Source: Phycisphaerales bacterium
Lineage (GTDB): Bacteria; Planctomycetota; Phycisphaerae; WQYP01
DNA: 61,856 nucleotides
Assembly: GCA_027451365.1 (NCBI GenBank)
Contig: DAIDJN010000039.1
Span: forward strand, 1 to 61,856
Direction of reading: 5' to 3'
Under the pieces are notes generated by a model. The model made no database searches. It was given only the letters and a program-made list of their open reading frames with translations, and had not been told where the DNA came from. Shown in pieces: positions 50,853 through 61,310 of this stretch. Numbering within the stretch: the stretch's first letter is position 1; every line of letters begins with the position of its first letter. The position numbers and the translations under genes were made by a program.

Positions 50853-51929
50853 GTGACATTGAACGCTCCGGTCGCACGCATGGTGGATGCAAATGTAAAC
50901 CGCGCCAGCGAAGGGCTTCGCCTGCTGGAAGACTACGCGCGGTTCGTTCTGGGAAATGAAAACGATTGTGCGATGGTCAAACAGGACCGCCATTCACTCA
51001 GGGCGATGCGCATCGCGCTGCTGGGTCCATTGGCCACTACCTGTCGCGATACGCCGGGCGATGTGGGCACCGGCATTAAAACCGATTCAGAATTCAAGCG
51101 AACCGGAATGGCAGCCGTGCTGGAAGCCGCCGGGGCTCGGGCAACCGAGGCGCTTCGTGTACTGGAGGAAATTGCAAAGTTAAAAAATTCGGTTGCGGCA
51201 GCCCAGCTGGAGGCAATACGGTATCGGACCTATACGCTCACCCATCGCCTGGTGATGGGTGAAAATCAGCGATGCAGATTCGGCCCCGCCGCACTTTGCG
51301 TTCTGCTTACGGAATCAATCTGCCATCTGCCTTGGAAACACGCGGTGGAGGATATCCTGAAAAGCGGGCCGCGCGCGAAAAACATCTGCATTCAACTGCG
51401 CGAAAAGCAATTGTCTGATTCTGAACTCCTGATCCGCGCCAAATGGCTGAATGCGGCGTGCCGAACCGCAGGTGCCACATGTATTATCAACGATCGGCTG
51501 GATATCGCGATGGCCGCACAGGCCGGCGTGCACCTGGGGCAGCAGGATTTACCATGTGCGACGGCCAGAAAAATAGCCGGCGTGGAGATGCTGATCGGCG
51601 TTTCCACCGGCACACTTGCCGAGGCCCGCCTGGCGATTGCAGATGGTGCGTCTTATATCGGCATAGGCGCAATGTTTTCCAGCAGCACCAAAGCCAAGCC
51701 ATCCATCGCGGGGCCGGCTCTGGCAGCGGAGATCAGCGCAGTGGGCCTGCCGATTCCGGCATTTGCGATCGGTGGAATCAGACTGGATAATCTGCCACAA
51801 CTGCTTTCCGCGGGAATTTCCCGCATTGCGGTCAGTGCGGCCATCATTGCGACAGACCAACCGGGCGAAATGTGCGATCAGTTCTTGAATTTGCTGGCAG
51901 ATCAAGCTTTGTCCGAGCCGGGCAAATGA
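50853..51929 (+). CDS. thiE: Thiamine-phosphate synthase (ThiD2-like N-terminal domain plus ThiE)
   Basis: DANVNRASEGLRLLEDYARF, QLREK, IINDR, GVHLGQQD and AIGGI motifs. GTG start after AAGGAG. Confidence 0.9.
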   Translation: MTLNAPVARMVDANVNRASEGLRLLEDYARFVLGNENDCAMVKQDRHSLRAMRIALLGPLATTCRDTPGDVGTGIKTDSEFKRTGMAAVLEAAGARATEALRVLEEIAKLKNSVAAAQLEAIRYRTYTLTHRLVMGENQRCRFGPAALCVLLTESICHLPWKHAVEDILKSGPRAKNICIQLREKQLSDSELLIRAKWLNAACRTAGATCIINDRLDIAMAAQAGVHLGQQDLPCATARKIAGVEMLIGVSTGTLAEARLAIADGASYIGIGAMFSSSTKAKPSIAGPALAAEISAVGLPIPAFAIGGIRLDNLPQLLSAGISRIAVSAAIIATDQPGEMCDQFLNLLADQALSEPGK

Positions 51930-52012
51930 TATGAAAGCCAATGTGTCGCGGCTGGCTATAATGTAAAGACATCGGCGGATGCCCTGAACGCACGGCTCGC
52001 TTTAGAAAGGAA

Positions 52013-52342
52013 ATGAATATGTCCAAACCCGTTTTTCAGCCTTTAAACATGGAAATCATCATGCAGAACGAAACCGTTCGCGTCGCGGAAATTACCCTGC
52101 CGCCCCATTCGCCGGTACCCGAGCATCAGCACACGGAATCGGAGGAGATAAGTTATTGTCTGGAGGGGGAATTGACCTGTCATGTGAACGGACGAGTGGA
52201 ATGCGTGCTGAAACCGGGCCAGAAGACGCGATTCCCGGCCGGTCAGGAGCATCAGTTGAGCAACGCGGGCGAGTCTCCTTGCCGATTTTTACTTATTCAT
52301 GGTGTCGGCAAATTTGATTTCGTACCCGTGAAGCGGACCTGA
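52013..52342 (+). CDS. Cupin-domain protein
   Basis: HQH...E..YCLEG and H.L.N cupin motifs. Confidence 0.85.
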   Translation: MNMSKPVFQPLNMEIIMQNETVRVAEITLPPHSPVPEHQHTESEEISYCLEGELTCHVNGRVECVLKPGQKTRFPAGQEHQLSNAGESPCRFLLIHGVGKFDFVPVKRT

Positions 52343-52348
52343 CGCGTC

Positions 52349-52378
52349 ATCGTGATGTGCCATATCGTGATGTGCCAT
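52349..52378. repeat. 15-bp tandem duplication between convergent genes
   Basis: ATCGTGATGTGCCAT twice. Confidence 0.85.
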
Positions 52379-52388
52379 CGGGGCGGCA

Positions 52389-53240
52389 TCATTTAGCCGC
52401 TTTTGATGCGACGGATATTGACACATCAAACTGGTCGTGTCGCACGCCGTGCAGTCCGCGCTGAAAAATGCTCGGTTGATCGCCAAACCGAACCCGAACG
52501 GAGGCTGACATTGCGGCGGCAACGCTCACCACAATCCGCGGCGTTGTGGTATACACACCATTCCATACGGAGCAATCAGTCACAAGCACCTTTCCGTGCC
52601 CAAGCCGGAACACAGTAATGGCATGGGTCAGACTGGGATTGAACGGCACGGCATCCACATTATGCTTCACGCGCTTGACCATGTTCCATGGATGGCCCTT
52701 GGGATCAAGTTCGGCGGCGTAAGGCGTCCAGATGATCACCGGACCAAGACGCAATGCCCGGTCCAGACGGGCAATCAGCTTTTTACGTTCACCCGGTGCG
52801 TAGCGCACCAGAATAAGCCCACGCCGCACGACTTTGGGAAGTGCCCGCGTGGCAAGCGAAAACCGGCGGGCACGAAGATGGCGTACCGCGCGACCATCCC
52901 ACACCAGCTTTTTTGAATTAATCATATAGCTGGTCCACGGAGCCCAGCCGTAATAGGGACCATAGCCGGCGCTATTCAACGGAATAACGAAAGTCTTATG
53001 TTCAAATCCGGCACGGTTTGAATAATGCGGTACAGGACCGCGCAGATACACCAGCGCCGAAGCCAAAGCGTTATATGAACACTGGTCAAACTGCCCCACC
53101 CACAACCGCGCCGAAGGAGTTTTACCCTCGGCCACAGAGATTGTTATTCCGCATAGCGGCAAGAGAACCGCCAATGCAAAAATTGCGCAGAGCGCAAACC
53201 GTTGATACAAAGAACCCCGTAACGGCTGCCGACACTGCAT
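52389..53240 (-). CDS. Secreted basic protein, possible papain-like (C39-like) fold
   Basis: Signal/TM segment, GQFDQCSYNALASALVYL, and THAITV...KVLVTD. AGGAG RBS. Confidence 0.55.
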   Translation of the reverse strand: MQCRQPLRGSLYQRFALCAIFALAVLLPLCGITISVAEGKTPSARLWVGQFDQCSYNALASALVYLRGPVPHYSNRAGFEHKTFVIPLNSAGYGPYYGWAPWTSYMINSKKLVWDGRAVRHLRARRFSLATRALPKVVRRGLILVRYAPGERKKLIARLDRALRLGPVIIWTPYAAELDPKGHPWNMVKRVKHNVDAVPFNPSLTHAITVFRLGHGKVLVTDCSVWNGVYTTTPRIVVSVAAAMSASVRVRFGDQPSIFQRGLHGVRHDQFDVSISVASKAAK

Positions 53241-53547
53241 AAGTAACTCCTGTTTGCGTGCGCTAAATCGCGGATATGCAACCCGCGCGATCCGGCAAAA
53301 GAGTATAGTAACGAATTTCATGGCTGGAAGTAAAATGGCCTCTCAGCCCACCCTGTTTATTTGGGGGGACGTGGCACGATGGCGAAGCACCGCCGAGCGC
53401 ATGACCGAGATTCAGATTCTTGCTGGATACCGTGGCCATGAGCATCCTTCAATGCACGAAAAATAATCCACCGGCATTTAGAATTTGATTGTATATGCCT
53501 CTGGCACGGTTTGCCTGTCCGCGAAAAATAATGGGCAGCAGTGCGGG

Positions 53548-56181
53548 CTATTTTCCGAGGGCTTCTGCTTCGGCGGCCAATGTTTCCACATCATTTTCCG
53601 CCGCAGCCAAGGCTGGGGCTTCATGTTTTGAACGATAAAGCGCCCACGCGAGCGCCAAAATGCAGCCGAAAGTGACCAACCATGGCACCCACGGCAGGTT
53701 GGCGGGCGTTGCGCCCACATAGCCGGGCACACGTTGCGCCGCGTGCTTAAGAAAGCCATGGTCAAACGGCAGCGCGATGGGAATAACCAGAAGCGATACC
53801 ATATTCATGACTTTGATAAGCGGATTAATGGCCGGCCCGGCGGTATCTTTCAACGGGTCGCCAACGGTATCGCCTGTAACGCTGGCCTTGTGGCGCTCGG
53901 AACCTTTACCCAAATTGTGCGCCGGATCGCGGGGTTCATCTTCCACCACTTTCTTGGCGTTGTCCCATGCGCCGCCCGTGTTGGCCATAAATACGGCCAT
54001 AAGTTGTCCGGAAAGAATGGCTCCGGCGAGAAAACCCGCCAGCGCCAAGGCTCCAAGCAGGAACGCGACCAGCACGGGAGCCAGCACGGCCAGCAGCCCC
54101 GGACCAATGAGTTCGCGCTGCGCCTGAAGCGTGCAGATATTCACGACACGGCCATAGTCTGGCTGCTTGTTGCCATTCCAAATCTCTTTGTCCCGGAACT
54201 GGGCGCGGCATTCCTCCACAATTAAAAATGCCGCCCGACCGACGGCGCGAATTGTCATGGAACTGAAAAGGAACGGAACGGTGCCCCCGATTAAAAGCCC
54301 GATGAATACCCGTGGATTACCCAATGTCAGCATGGAGGCCACACCGCGGTAAACCGACTGTGCCAGATGGGCTCGCTCGGATCCGCCGCCGGTGCCAATA
54401 ATGGTAACAAAACTCGCAAAAAGACTGACGGCGGCAATCACGGCGCTGCCTATGGCGATGCCCTTGGTAATCGCCTTGGTGGTGTTGCCGGTGGCATCAA
54501 GATCAGCAAGTACCTGGCGGGCGGTTTTGTAAATCGCCGGGTCCATTTTGTCGCGTTCGTAGCCCATTTCCGCCACGCCGTTGGCGTTATCCGCGACAGG
54601 ACCAAATACGTCCATGCTCATGGTATTGCCGGTAAGGGTCAGCATTCCAATTCCGCTCATGGCCACGCCGAAGGCCACAAAAATCGGACTTGTGCCGCTG
54701 AAAATCAGAACACTTGCCATGATGCAGGCGGCCACGGCCAATGTGGCCCAGACACTGCTTTCCATACCCACTTCCAACCCGGCGATAATATTGGTTGCGT
54801 GGCCGGTGCTGCACGCCCGCACCAGAGATTTCACCGGCGGGTGTTCTGTGCCCGTAAAATATTCGGTACAGAAATTAAGGACCTGGCCCAGAATCAGTCC
54901 GCACCACGCGGCCTCGGCGGGGCGCATATCCAACCCGCTTATTCCCCAATTGGCCCAAAGTGGCGAATGGGCTTCAAAGCCGACGGGAAGTTGGGCCAAG
55001 CCCAGGCCGTGGGTATTGAACCGCAGATAAAAAAAGCCGATGAAGCCGATGATAACCGCACTGACAACCGCCCCGAATCGATAGCCAAAATTCAGCGATC
55101 CCATCGCCTCTTTGACGCCACCCGCTTTGCCGGCCCGGACCGAAAGGGTGGATATAATGTCAGCCACCACACCACCGGCCTGCACCAGCAGCGGGAACAA
55201 TACGCCTTTATGGCCAAAACTGGCCCATCCCAGAATCATTGCGGCGACCAGGGTAACTTCGTAACTCTCAAAAATATCCGCGGCCATGCCGGCGCAATCG
55301 CCTACATTATCGCCCACGTTGTCAGCAATGGTGGCGGCGTTGCGCGGGTCATCTTCGGGAATGTCTTTTTCAATTTTACCCACAAGGTCCGCGCCCACAT
55401 CGGCAGCCTTGGTATAAATACCGCCACCCACGCGCATGAAAAGAGCCAACAAAGTTCCGCCAAAACCGAAGCCCAGCAATGCGGCCGGCGCACGGTCGCC
55501 AAAATACATAAAAATCAGTGTCGCGCCCAACAGGCCCAGCCCATCAATGAGCATACCCGTGACGGTTCCGGTGCAATAGCCAAGTCGCAGCGCCTTGCCA
55601 AAACCTTTGGGGGCAGCGGCGGCCATGCAAATGTTGCCCCGTGTGGCCATCAACATGCCGATAGTTCCGACTGAAAGCGACGCCAAAGCCCCCATAAGAA
55701 ATGCAATTCCGCGGCCAATGGCCAGATTCGCCCCGGCGGCCGTATGCCAGGGAGCCGTGGCCATCACGACAAGTGTCAGGATGCCGATCAGGGGCAGCAA
55801 CGCGCGACGCTGCCGCCGAAGATAGGCGCTGGAACCTTCACGGATGGCGCGGGCGACGGTTCGCATTTTATCCGTGCCCTGATCGGCCGCCAGAATTGTC
55901 CGGACCAGTATCCCGGCATACGCCAGGCCGCACAGCGCGACCGCCAGGACGGCAAACAGGGCCAGCCGCTCATAGGGTTGAAAATGATGGGACCAGAGAA
56001 ATCCGAAGGGGACGAAATGAGGATGTGCGATGGCAGTAGTGGCAAGACCGGCGGCTTTGGGCAGCCGGCCCCAGGCCACCTGAACCACTAGAATCATGGT
56101 GCCCAAAATCGCAAACGACCGGACCAATCCACCCCACCCGCGTTTTTGGATCGGTTTGCTTCCGGATGTTTTTATTGACAT
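53548..56181 (-). CDS. hppA: Membrane-bound pyrophosphatase, K+-independent H+-pumping type
   Basis: GGGIYTKAADVGADLVGK, DNVGDNVGD, GNTTKA, GGAWDNAKK and GDTVGDPLKDT motifs. Confidence 0.93.
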   Translation of the reverse strand: MSIKTSGSKPIQKRGWGGLVRSFAILGTMILVVQVAWGRLPKAAGLATTAIAHPHFVPFGFLWSHHFQPYERLALFAVLAVALCGLAYAGILVRTILAADQGTDKMRTVARAIREGSSAYLRRQRRALLPLIGILTLVVMATAPWHTAAGANLAIGRGIAFLMGALASLSVGTIGMLMATRGNICMAAAAPKGFGKALRLGYCTGTVTGMLIDGLGLLGATLIFMYFGDRAPAALLGFGFGGTLLALFMRVGGGIYTKAADVGADLVGKIEKDIPEDDPRNAATIADNVGDNVGDCAGMAADIFESYEVTLVAAMILGWASFGHKGVLFPLLVQAGGVVADIISTLSVRAGKAGGVKEAMGSLNFGYRFGAVVSAVIIGFIGFFYLRFNTHGLGLAQLPVGFEAHSPLWANWGISGLDMRPAEAAWCGLILGQVLNFCTEYFTGTEHPPVKSLVRACSTGHATNIIAGLEVGMESSVWATLAVAACIMASVLIFSGTSPIFVAFGVAMSGIGMLTLTGNTMSMDVFGPVADNANGVAEMGYERDKMDPAIYKTARQVLADLDATGNTTKAITKGIAIGSAVIAAVSLFASFVTIIGTGGGSERAHLAQSVYRGVASMLTLGNPRVFIGLLIGGTVPFLFSSMTIRAVGRAAFLIVEECRAQFRDKEIWNGNKQPDYGRVVNICTLQAQRELIGPGLLAVLAPVLVAFLLGALALAGFLAGAILSGQLMAVFMANTGGAWDNAKKVVEDEPRDPAHNLGKGSERHKASVTGDTVGDPLKDTAGPAINPLIKVMNMVSLLVIPIALPFDHGFLKHAAQRVPGYVGATPANLPWVPWLVTFGCILALAWALYRSKHEAPALAAAENDVETLAAEAEALGK

Positions 56182-56589
56182 AGCCGCTCCTGTTTGAGGT
56201 TGTTCAGCGCGACGAAAATTTTGCGGAATATACCAGTCTCCGGTATTGCGGCGGTGGGGCCATTCGGTACGAAATCGCCATCCGTCCATTCCGCCAGATT
56301 TGAAATTTCAACCACCCAAGTCTTCGCAGCACGACAAAGATGGCTCACACGCTTTACTGGTAAGATTTTAGTTTAATCACAGGGGGAGCTTTACGCAAAT
56401 CCGATTTTTCGGCAGACATCGGTTTGCTTGGACCCGGGGCGCGGTGCTTCAAGTTTTTCTTCCGTATAGGCGGCGGGCGATTCGCTTTTTTTTCTTGTGT
56501 TGGGGATGGTAGAGGGGTATAAACAGGGCATTGCAAATGGGTATGCCGGGTTCGCGGTTTGATGATTTTGGTTCAAACGGGGCCATAAA

Positions 56590-57657
56590 ATGGTCAGGAA
56601 TGCGGATAGCATAGAAAACGCGATTGGTCCCCAGCGGCCAGGCGGGCGATATGCGTATGGGTTTGGCGGAACGGACGAGCCACAGAGATCACAGAGGACA
56701 CAAAGTGTTAGTTGCGGCCGCCGGGGCAGCGGCAGCACGGATACGCCGATCCGGCAATATGTATGGGGTGCGTATATTGATGAATGCATCCAGTTGAACC
56801 TGTTGGTGGCCGCCGGGCCGCAATCAGTGCCTGCCGGGGCGTATTATTTGTTGCAGGATTTGCTGTACCGCGCGGTGGCGCTGACGAATTCCGGTGGCGA
56901 AATCATAGAAGCGTATGACACGGACGCGTATGGAAATACCTTGATCTTCACCGCGCCGGGTCCGGATGGCATCTGGTTCACCGATGATGATGTGCAATCA
57001 GATTATGGCGCCAATGAAATAATCTATTGCGGTTATCGCTTTGATCCGGAAACGCAGCTTTATTACGTCCGCAATCGGACGTATAGCCCGGTGCTTGGCC
57101 GTTGGGTTCAACGTGATTCTATTGGGTATCAAGGTGGGATTAATTTATATCAGTTTGTTGGAAGCGGGCCGGTGGAACACGTTGATACGGCTGGGACAAC
57201 CTATTGGAAAAGCGTTGGGCCTTTCGGTCCAGTAATGCATAACGGAGTGCCCTCGCTCATGTTTATACGGGAGCTTCGGCCGAGTTGCTACAACTTTTGG
57301 GATGAATTGATTGGTGCCAAGATACTCAAGACCAAGCAGATGTTCTACTCCATTAACGGGTTTCAATTTCCGCCGAGCGGCGAGAACAATGAGCTTTGGG
57401 AGATGGGCTACCAACGGGCGCTGAAGGATTGGCTGATGAATGAAAATGGAATAGACAGGGTCGAATCTATTATAAGCCTCGAAAAATCCAGGCTAGGGCT
57501 ACTGGAAATCAGGCCATTTGTCATTACCCAATGGCTTGGCGGCGCACTGGGCGCGGCGGGCGGAGCGAGTAGTGAGGGCGCGGGTTCAATTAATAACGCG
57601 ATAGATACCGGGGCTTCTGCAGGTGACGAGAACCAAACTATCACGGAGCAGCGTTAG
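56590..57657 (+). CDS. Orphan RHS-core fragment plus a C-terminal putative toxin domain
   Basis: RQYVWG.YIDE, YDTDAYG and CGYRFDPETQLYYVRNRTYSPVLGRWVQRDSIGYQGGINLYQFV..GP...VDTAG. RHS similarity starts only near 56740. Confidence 0.85.
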   Translation: MVRNADSIENAIGPQRPGGRYAYGFGGTDEPQRSQRTQSVSCGRRGSGSTDTPIRQYVWGAYIDECIQLNLLVAAGPQSVPAGAYYLLQDLLYRAVALTNSGGEIIEAYDTDAYGNTLIFTAPGPDGIWFTDDDVQSDYGANEIIYCGYRFDPETQLYYVRNRTYSPVLGRWVQRDSIGYQGGINLYQFVGSGPVEHVDTAGTTYWKSVGPFGPVMHNGVPSLMFIRELRPSCYNFWDELIGAKILKTKQMFYSINGFQFPPSGENNELWEMGYQRALKDWLMNENGIDRVESIISLEKSRLGLLEIRPFVITQWLGGALGAAGGASSEGAGSINNAIDTGASAGDENQTITEQR

Positions 57658-57723
57658 AGGCGCGGGGCCTTTTTCGCAACGGTGGGCGGCGCATTGGCTT
57701 CGTGCACTGTTCAAGGAGCAAAT

Positions 57724-58821
57724 ATGGCGGAAAGATGCTCGGCATCCGTTGTTCAATGGCGGTTGGTTACTCGGCGCTCAGTCGCATTCGTCGTGGACGC
57801 TTTGCTTTTGTGCGTTATGGTGCGTGTGCTTGAGGTTTTGGGTTTTGCGATGGGGGGCATGGCTGGGGGTTGGCCCGGTGCAACCGGTGAGCGAATTGCC
57901 CGCATTCTCACAATCGCGTTTATCTGCCTTTATTTTGGCGTCATTGAGATATTTTCCGGCCGGACACTCGGAAAGGCGTTGTTCGGCGTGGCCGTTAGCC
58001 CGGATGGTCGAAAATCAGTGCGCATTCTACAAAGGCTGGTGCGATTCGCTGTTTTTCCGGGACCGATCCTGCTATTTGTCGTGTTGCCGCCGTCGGGTAC
58101 CTACCGGATTTCATTTCTGGCTGTCTCCATATTTTTTCTGCTGGATGGAATTGTATATCTGTTGGACATTCGTGCCGGAAGGGCGTTGCACGACCGGATC
58201 AGCGCGACCAGCGTAACCTTAGCCGGCATGACGCGCGGGTTCTGGCAATTGACGGCCGGCGTGGCCGGAATCGTTATCGTCTTTTTTTTCGGATTGTTCC
58301 TTGGGAATCGCTTTCGCGAGGGCCTGCCTGCCGGCCTTTCTGTGAATCAGTTGTCTTACCGGGGCGCTGGCAACGAATGGTATTCCGTGGGAATCGGCCG
58401 ACGCGATTACCTTGTAATTGCATACGAACCAGGATCGGGTCATTTGTCATGGGTTTCGCTAAACGTACGATCGCCCGCGGGGAATACAAAGCTGAGTATG
58501 GCCTATTCCGCCAGCGATCTGCGGTGGCGCGAGCCTTTCTGCTCTGTCGCGAGTTTCGGGAAAGGGGTAGTTCGGAGGCAATACTATTTCCTTGCGAACG
58601 GGGTCAGGCCTTTTCTGCGCATGGCCAAACCAAAGGAGTGGCAGGCCCGATTACGTGGGAGTTGGGTAAATATCCCAACTGAGCCTGTTTCCCGGACCGT
58701 GTTGATCGGCAGCCACCGCATGCGGCTGGACGCAAGGACCGGCGAGTTCAGGGAAATTAAGCTGACACGGCACAAATTACGCGCCGCGGATTCTAAAAAA
58801 GCTGGTGTTGGGGGTCGCTGA
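57724..58821 (+). CDS. RDD-domain membrane protein, candidate immunity protein
   Basis: RRSVAFVVD, GRTLGKALFGV and RALHDRISATSV motifs. AAGGAG RBS before ATG 57724. Confidence 0.75.
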   Translation: MAERCSASVVQWRLVTRRSVAFVVDALLLCVMVRVLEVLGFAMGGMAGGWPGATGERIARILTIAFICLYFGVIEIFSGRTLGKALFGVAVSPDGRKSVRILQRLVRFAVFPGPILLFVVLPPSGTYRISFLAVSIFFLLDGIVYLLDIRAGRALHDRISATSVTLAGMTRGFWQLTAGVAGIVIVFFFGLFLGNRFREGLPAGLSVNQLSYRGAGNEWYSVGIGRRDYLVIAYEPGSGHLSWVSLNVRSPAGNTKLSMAYSASDLRWREPFCSVASFGKGVVRRQYYFLANGVRPFLRMAKPKEWQARLRGSWVNIPTEPVSRTVLIGSHRMRLDARTGEFREIKLTRHKLRAADSKKAGVGGR

Positions 58822-59212
58822 TATCCGGTGGCTCTGAGGGGTTTGGTGGTTGTAGTGGCCCAATTTAGCGGCCCAGGTGCGCCGTGAAAAGGCGAGGTGT
58901 TCCAGCGAGTGCAAGCCTCGCCCCGGTAAAGGTCGTTGCGACCGGGAAGCTATCCCAGCGGAGGCGAATGGAAAATCCATCTTCCGCAGTCGGCTGATTT
59001 CCCCAGCTTGCCGACTGTTGCGTAATTTGGATTTGGGCAATAGGCGACACGTTTTCGGTAACCGGCCCGGGAAAATATTTACCGCGAATTTGAACAAGGG
59101 TATAATCCAGGTTGGAACAGCTTGAAAAGGGATCGCGCGTTTGGTTGCAGCTGACGAAATGTTTTCAAAATGCGTAATTGCCAGCCAAAGCGACCGGCGG
59201 CAGAATTGTGGT

Positions 59213-59275
59213 GCAGACATCTTGTCTGCCCGTCGTCCTCGCGATACATCCAATTCCTCCAATTCCTCCTGTGCG
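59213..59275. repeat. REP-like palindromic repeat, copy 1
   Basis: GCAGACA-tct-TGTCTGC hairpin plus tail. 29 of the first 33 nt match copy 2. Confidence 0.7.
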
Positions 59276-59380
59276 AATTTCAACCATCGAAAATCCGCTG
59301 TTAATCGCGTTGTTTCTTCGTGTGGTCATGGCGACAGCCGGGTTTGTACCCCCGGTTCCAATCTTCCGCCTCTTGGATTG

Positions 59381-59610
59381 CAAGTCGATTACCTGCAGGA
59401 TGCCAATTGGGATACCACGGCGGTTGTTGGATTCAACAGTACCACCGGCACCTGGAGCGTTACGCTACGGTACGTTTACAGCCCGTATGGTTCGATCACG
59501 GTATTAAACGGCGATTGGTCCATCCCGCCCGCCGGCACGCAGCCTGCGGTGAATAATCTTTATCAGAGGATGTCTTACGACGGGGTGACGGGGCTTTATT
59601 ATTCCCGTAA
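59381..59610 (+). pseudogene. Second, truncated RHS-core fragment
   Basis: YLQDANWDTTAVV...RYVYSPYG...NLYQRMSYDGVTGLYYSR. Similarity ends before the GRW/DP.G motifs. Confidence 0.75.
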
Positions 59611-59646
59611 GAGGCCAAAGCGAAGAAGGCTGGCGATACGATTTAT

Positions 59647-59871
59647 GTGAAGCGCTATGCAGCCTGGGTGGACGATTGCCGAGTCGACCCACGGAAGGCG
59701 ACAAAGATGATTGCGGACCTTGCGGCAGCAGATCGCAACAATCCGCCGGGCCACAACTGGCTGCCGGCCAACTGCTCCGAATGGGCGCATGGAGAAATAT
59801 ACAAGGGCGTACGGGCCGCCGCAGTTGGTCCGCTCCCAAATTTATACGTTGTTTACCACTTGGTGAAATGA
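59647..59871 (+). pseudogene. Probable remnant of an RHS C-terminal toxin tip
   Basis: Follows the RHS fragment. HNWLPANCSEWA resembles the N-C motif of papain/NlpC-like tips. Confidence 0.4.
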
Positions 59872-59899
59872 CGGGCGTTTGGTCAGCCGAGGGGCCAAG

Positions 59900-60511
59900 A
59901 TGACGATAGGTATGGAAACTGCAATCCTCGCGACCGTGGTCCTCGGCGGTGTCGCCGTTTTCATTACTGCCGCAGCCGCGCCGAAGCGGCGTCTTGCCGT
60001 GTTCGCGATAGCTTGGGCCGTTTGGGTGACCTGCTGCCTGTGGTTGACCGCTCGGTCGGTACATTTTGACAAACTGGAAATTTTAGGACCGCCCGGCACG
60101 CGCGGCGCGATTCGATCCACGGTCACAGCGGCCTCTGGAATCGGCAGAAATCAATCGAGCCGTGCGAATCGGCCCTAGTTTGTATTTCGCACGCATCTCC
60201 AATCGGAGCGATTCAATGGAGTTTATCCCGCAATTGTTTCTGGTCATCTTTCTGCTTCTTTCCGCGATGACATTCTTTGTGCCACGAGCAAAAAGAGAGA
60301 AACTTTACATGGCGGCCTTTATAGCGTGACCGCCTTCCTGCTTCTTTCGTTCTGGGGCGTCCGAGAAATGCTCATATTCGCAAAATTTTCCGATCAGGGG
60401 CAGCCGCAGAAAACTGCGACAGCCCCAAACACCCAAGGGGCCAGCGGGCCGACTCGGCCGCAACTGTCCCCTGCGCATCGCGGATCTGTTCTAATCCCTG
60501 GTGGAAATTGA
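59900..60511 (+). pseudogene. Frameshifted membrane protein, candidate decayed immunity gene
   Basis: Hydrophobic segments continue across successive frames: ...CCLWL..., then ...EFIPQLFLVIFLLLSAMTFF...AFIA*, then VTAFLLLSFWGV.... Confidence 0.5.
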
Positions 60512-60826
60512 TTTGTGTTTTAAGCCTTGGGCCAAACGGGGACGCAATTTAATGCCATTAAGCCAAGCCGTATTTCCATATTGTTTAATGTAAACGCCAC
60601 GCGATGCACAGGCGGGCCGCGACGCCGGGAAAAAATCAGGCGGCAGCCGGTTTGCAGCTTGCGCCCTATCACGGATAGAATTCCATCAAGCGCATTTGTC
60701 TGCGGAGCAATTATCTTGGTCGCACTGGATAAACAATTTGACCACCACCGCAGCACCAAGCCGCGAAGCAGCGTCCGCTGGCGCGATGAGTCTTGGCAGA
60801 CGGGAAAATCTGCTGGTCACGGGACC

Positions 60827-60882
60827 GCAGACATCCTGTCTGCCCGTCGCCACCGCGATGCCTGGAATATATCCTGTGCAAA
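60827..60882. repeat. REP-like palindromic repeat, copy 2
   Basis: GCAGACA-tcc-TGTCTGC followed by CCGTCGCCACCGCGAT...TCCTGTGC. Confidence 0.7.
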
Positions 60883-61039
60883 CGAAAATAGTGGATGATG
60901 CGACGACTTACAGCGAGGATCTCGGGATTTGTGGCTGAGTGTAAGGAACGGCGATGAAAAACTCCGGAACGCTGTCAGGAAAGAATGCCGCCTTCGGTTT
61001 GTCCGTAATGCCAGCGGGGGCGTTGCTGGGGCGATCCGT

Positions 61040-61310
61040 GAGCCGACAGGCCGTAATTGAGACGTGAACACCGTGCAGGCCCCGAAAAGAATAATGCAGG
61101 AGCCGACCCACCCCGTTATTGGGGAAGGCCGCAGTTGTCTTGGATCGCGCCGGATGAACCGGGGAAGAACGGATCAGTCCAGGACGGTCTTGCCGGGGTA
61201 TTGGTGGCGGCATGTCAGCGCAGGAAATCAGCAGCAACACGGGAAACCCCTGCGGTGAGGGCATGTGACTCTCAACCGGCGCTCCGCGAGGATCTGAGCC
61301 GGGCCGGCTG
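61040..61310 (+). ncRNA. Probable 5' ribozyme fragment (domain I region) of a group II intron, truncated
   Basis: Succession GTGAAC..GCCCCGAAA..GGAGCCGACCC..GGGGAAGGCC..CCGGGGTA.TGG.G.CGGCATG..AACACGGGAAACCC recalls bacterial group II intron 5' regions. No GUGCG start, RT ORF or domain V is visible. Confidence 0.55.

Noticed and set aside
52349..52378. Tandem repeat as a CRISPR remnant
   Set aside because: Only two adjacent 15-mers with no spacer and no cas genes.
57655..57723. RHS and RDD ORFs are in frame across one TAG, suggesting readthrough
   Set aside because: The RDD gene has its own AAGGAG RBS and ATG, and an in-frame arrangement is expected one time in three.
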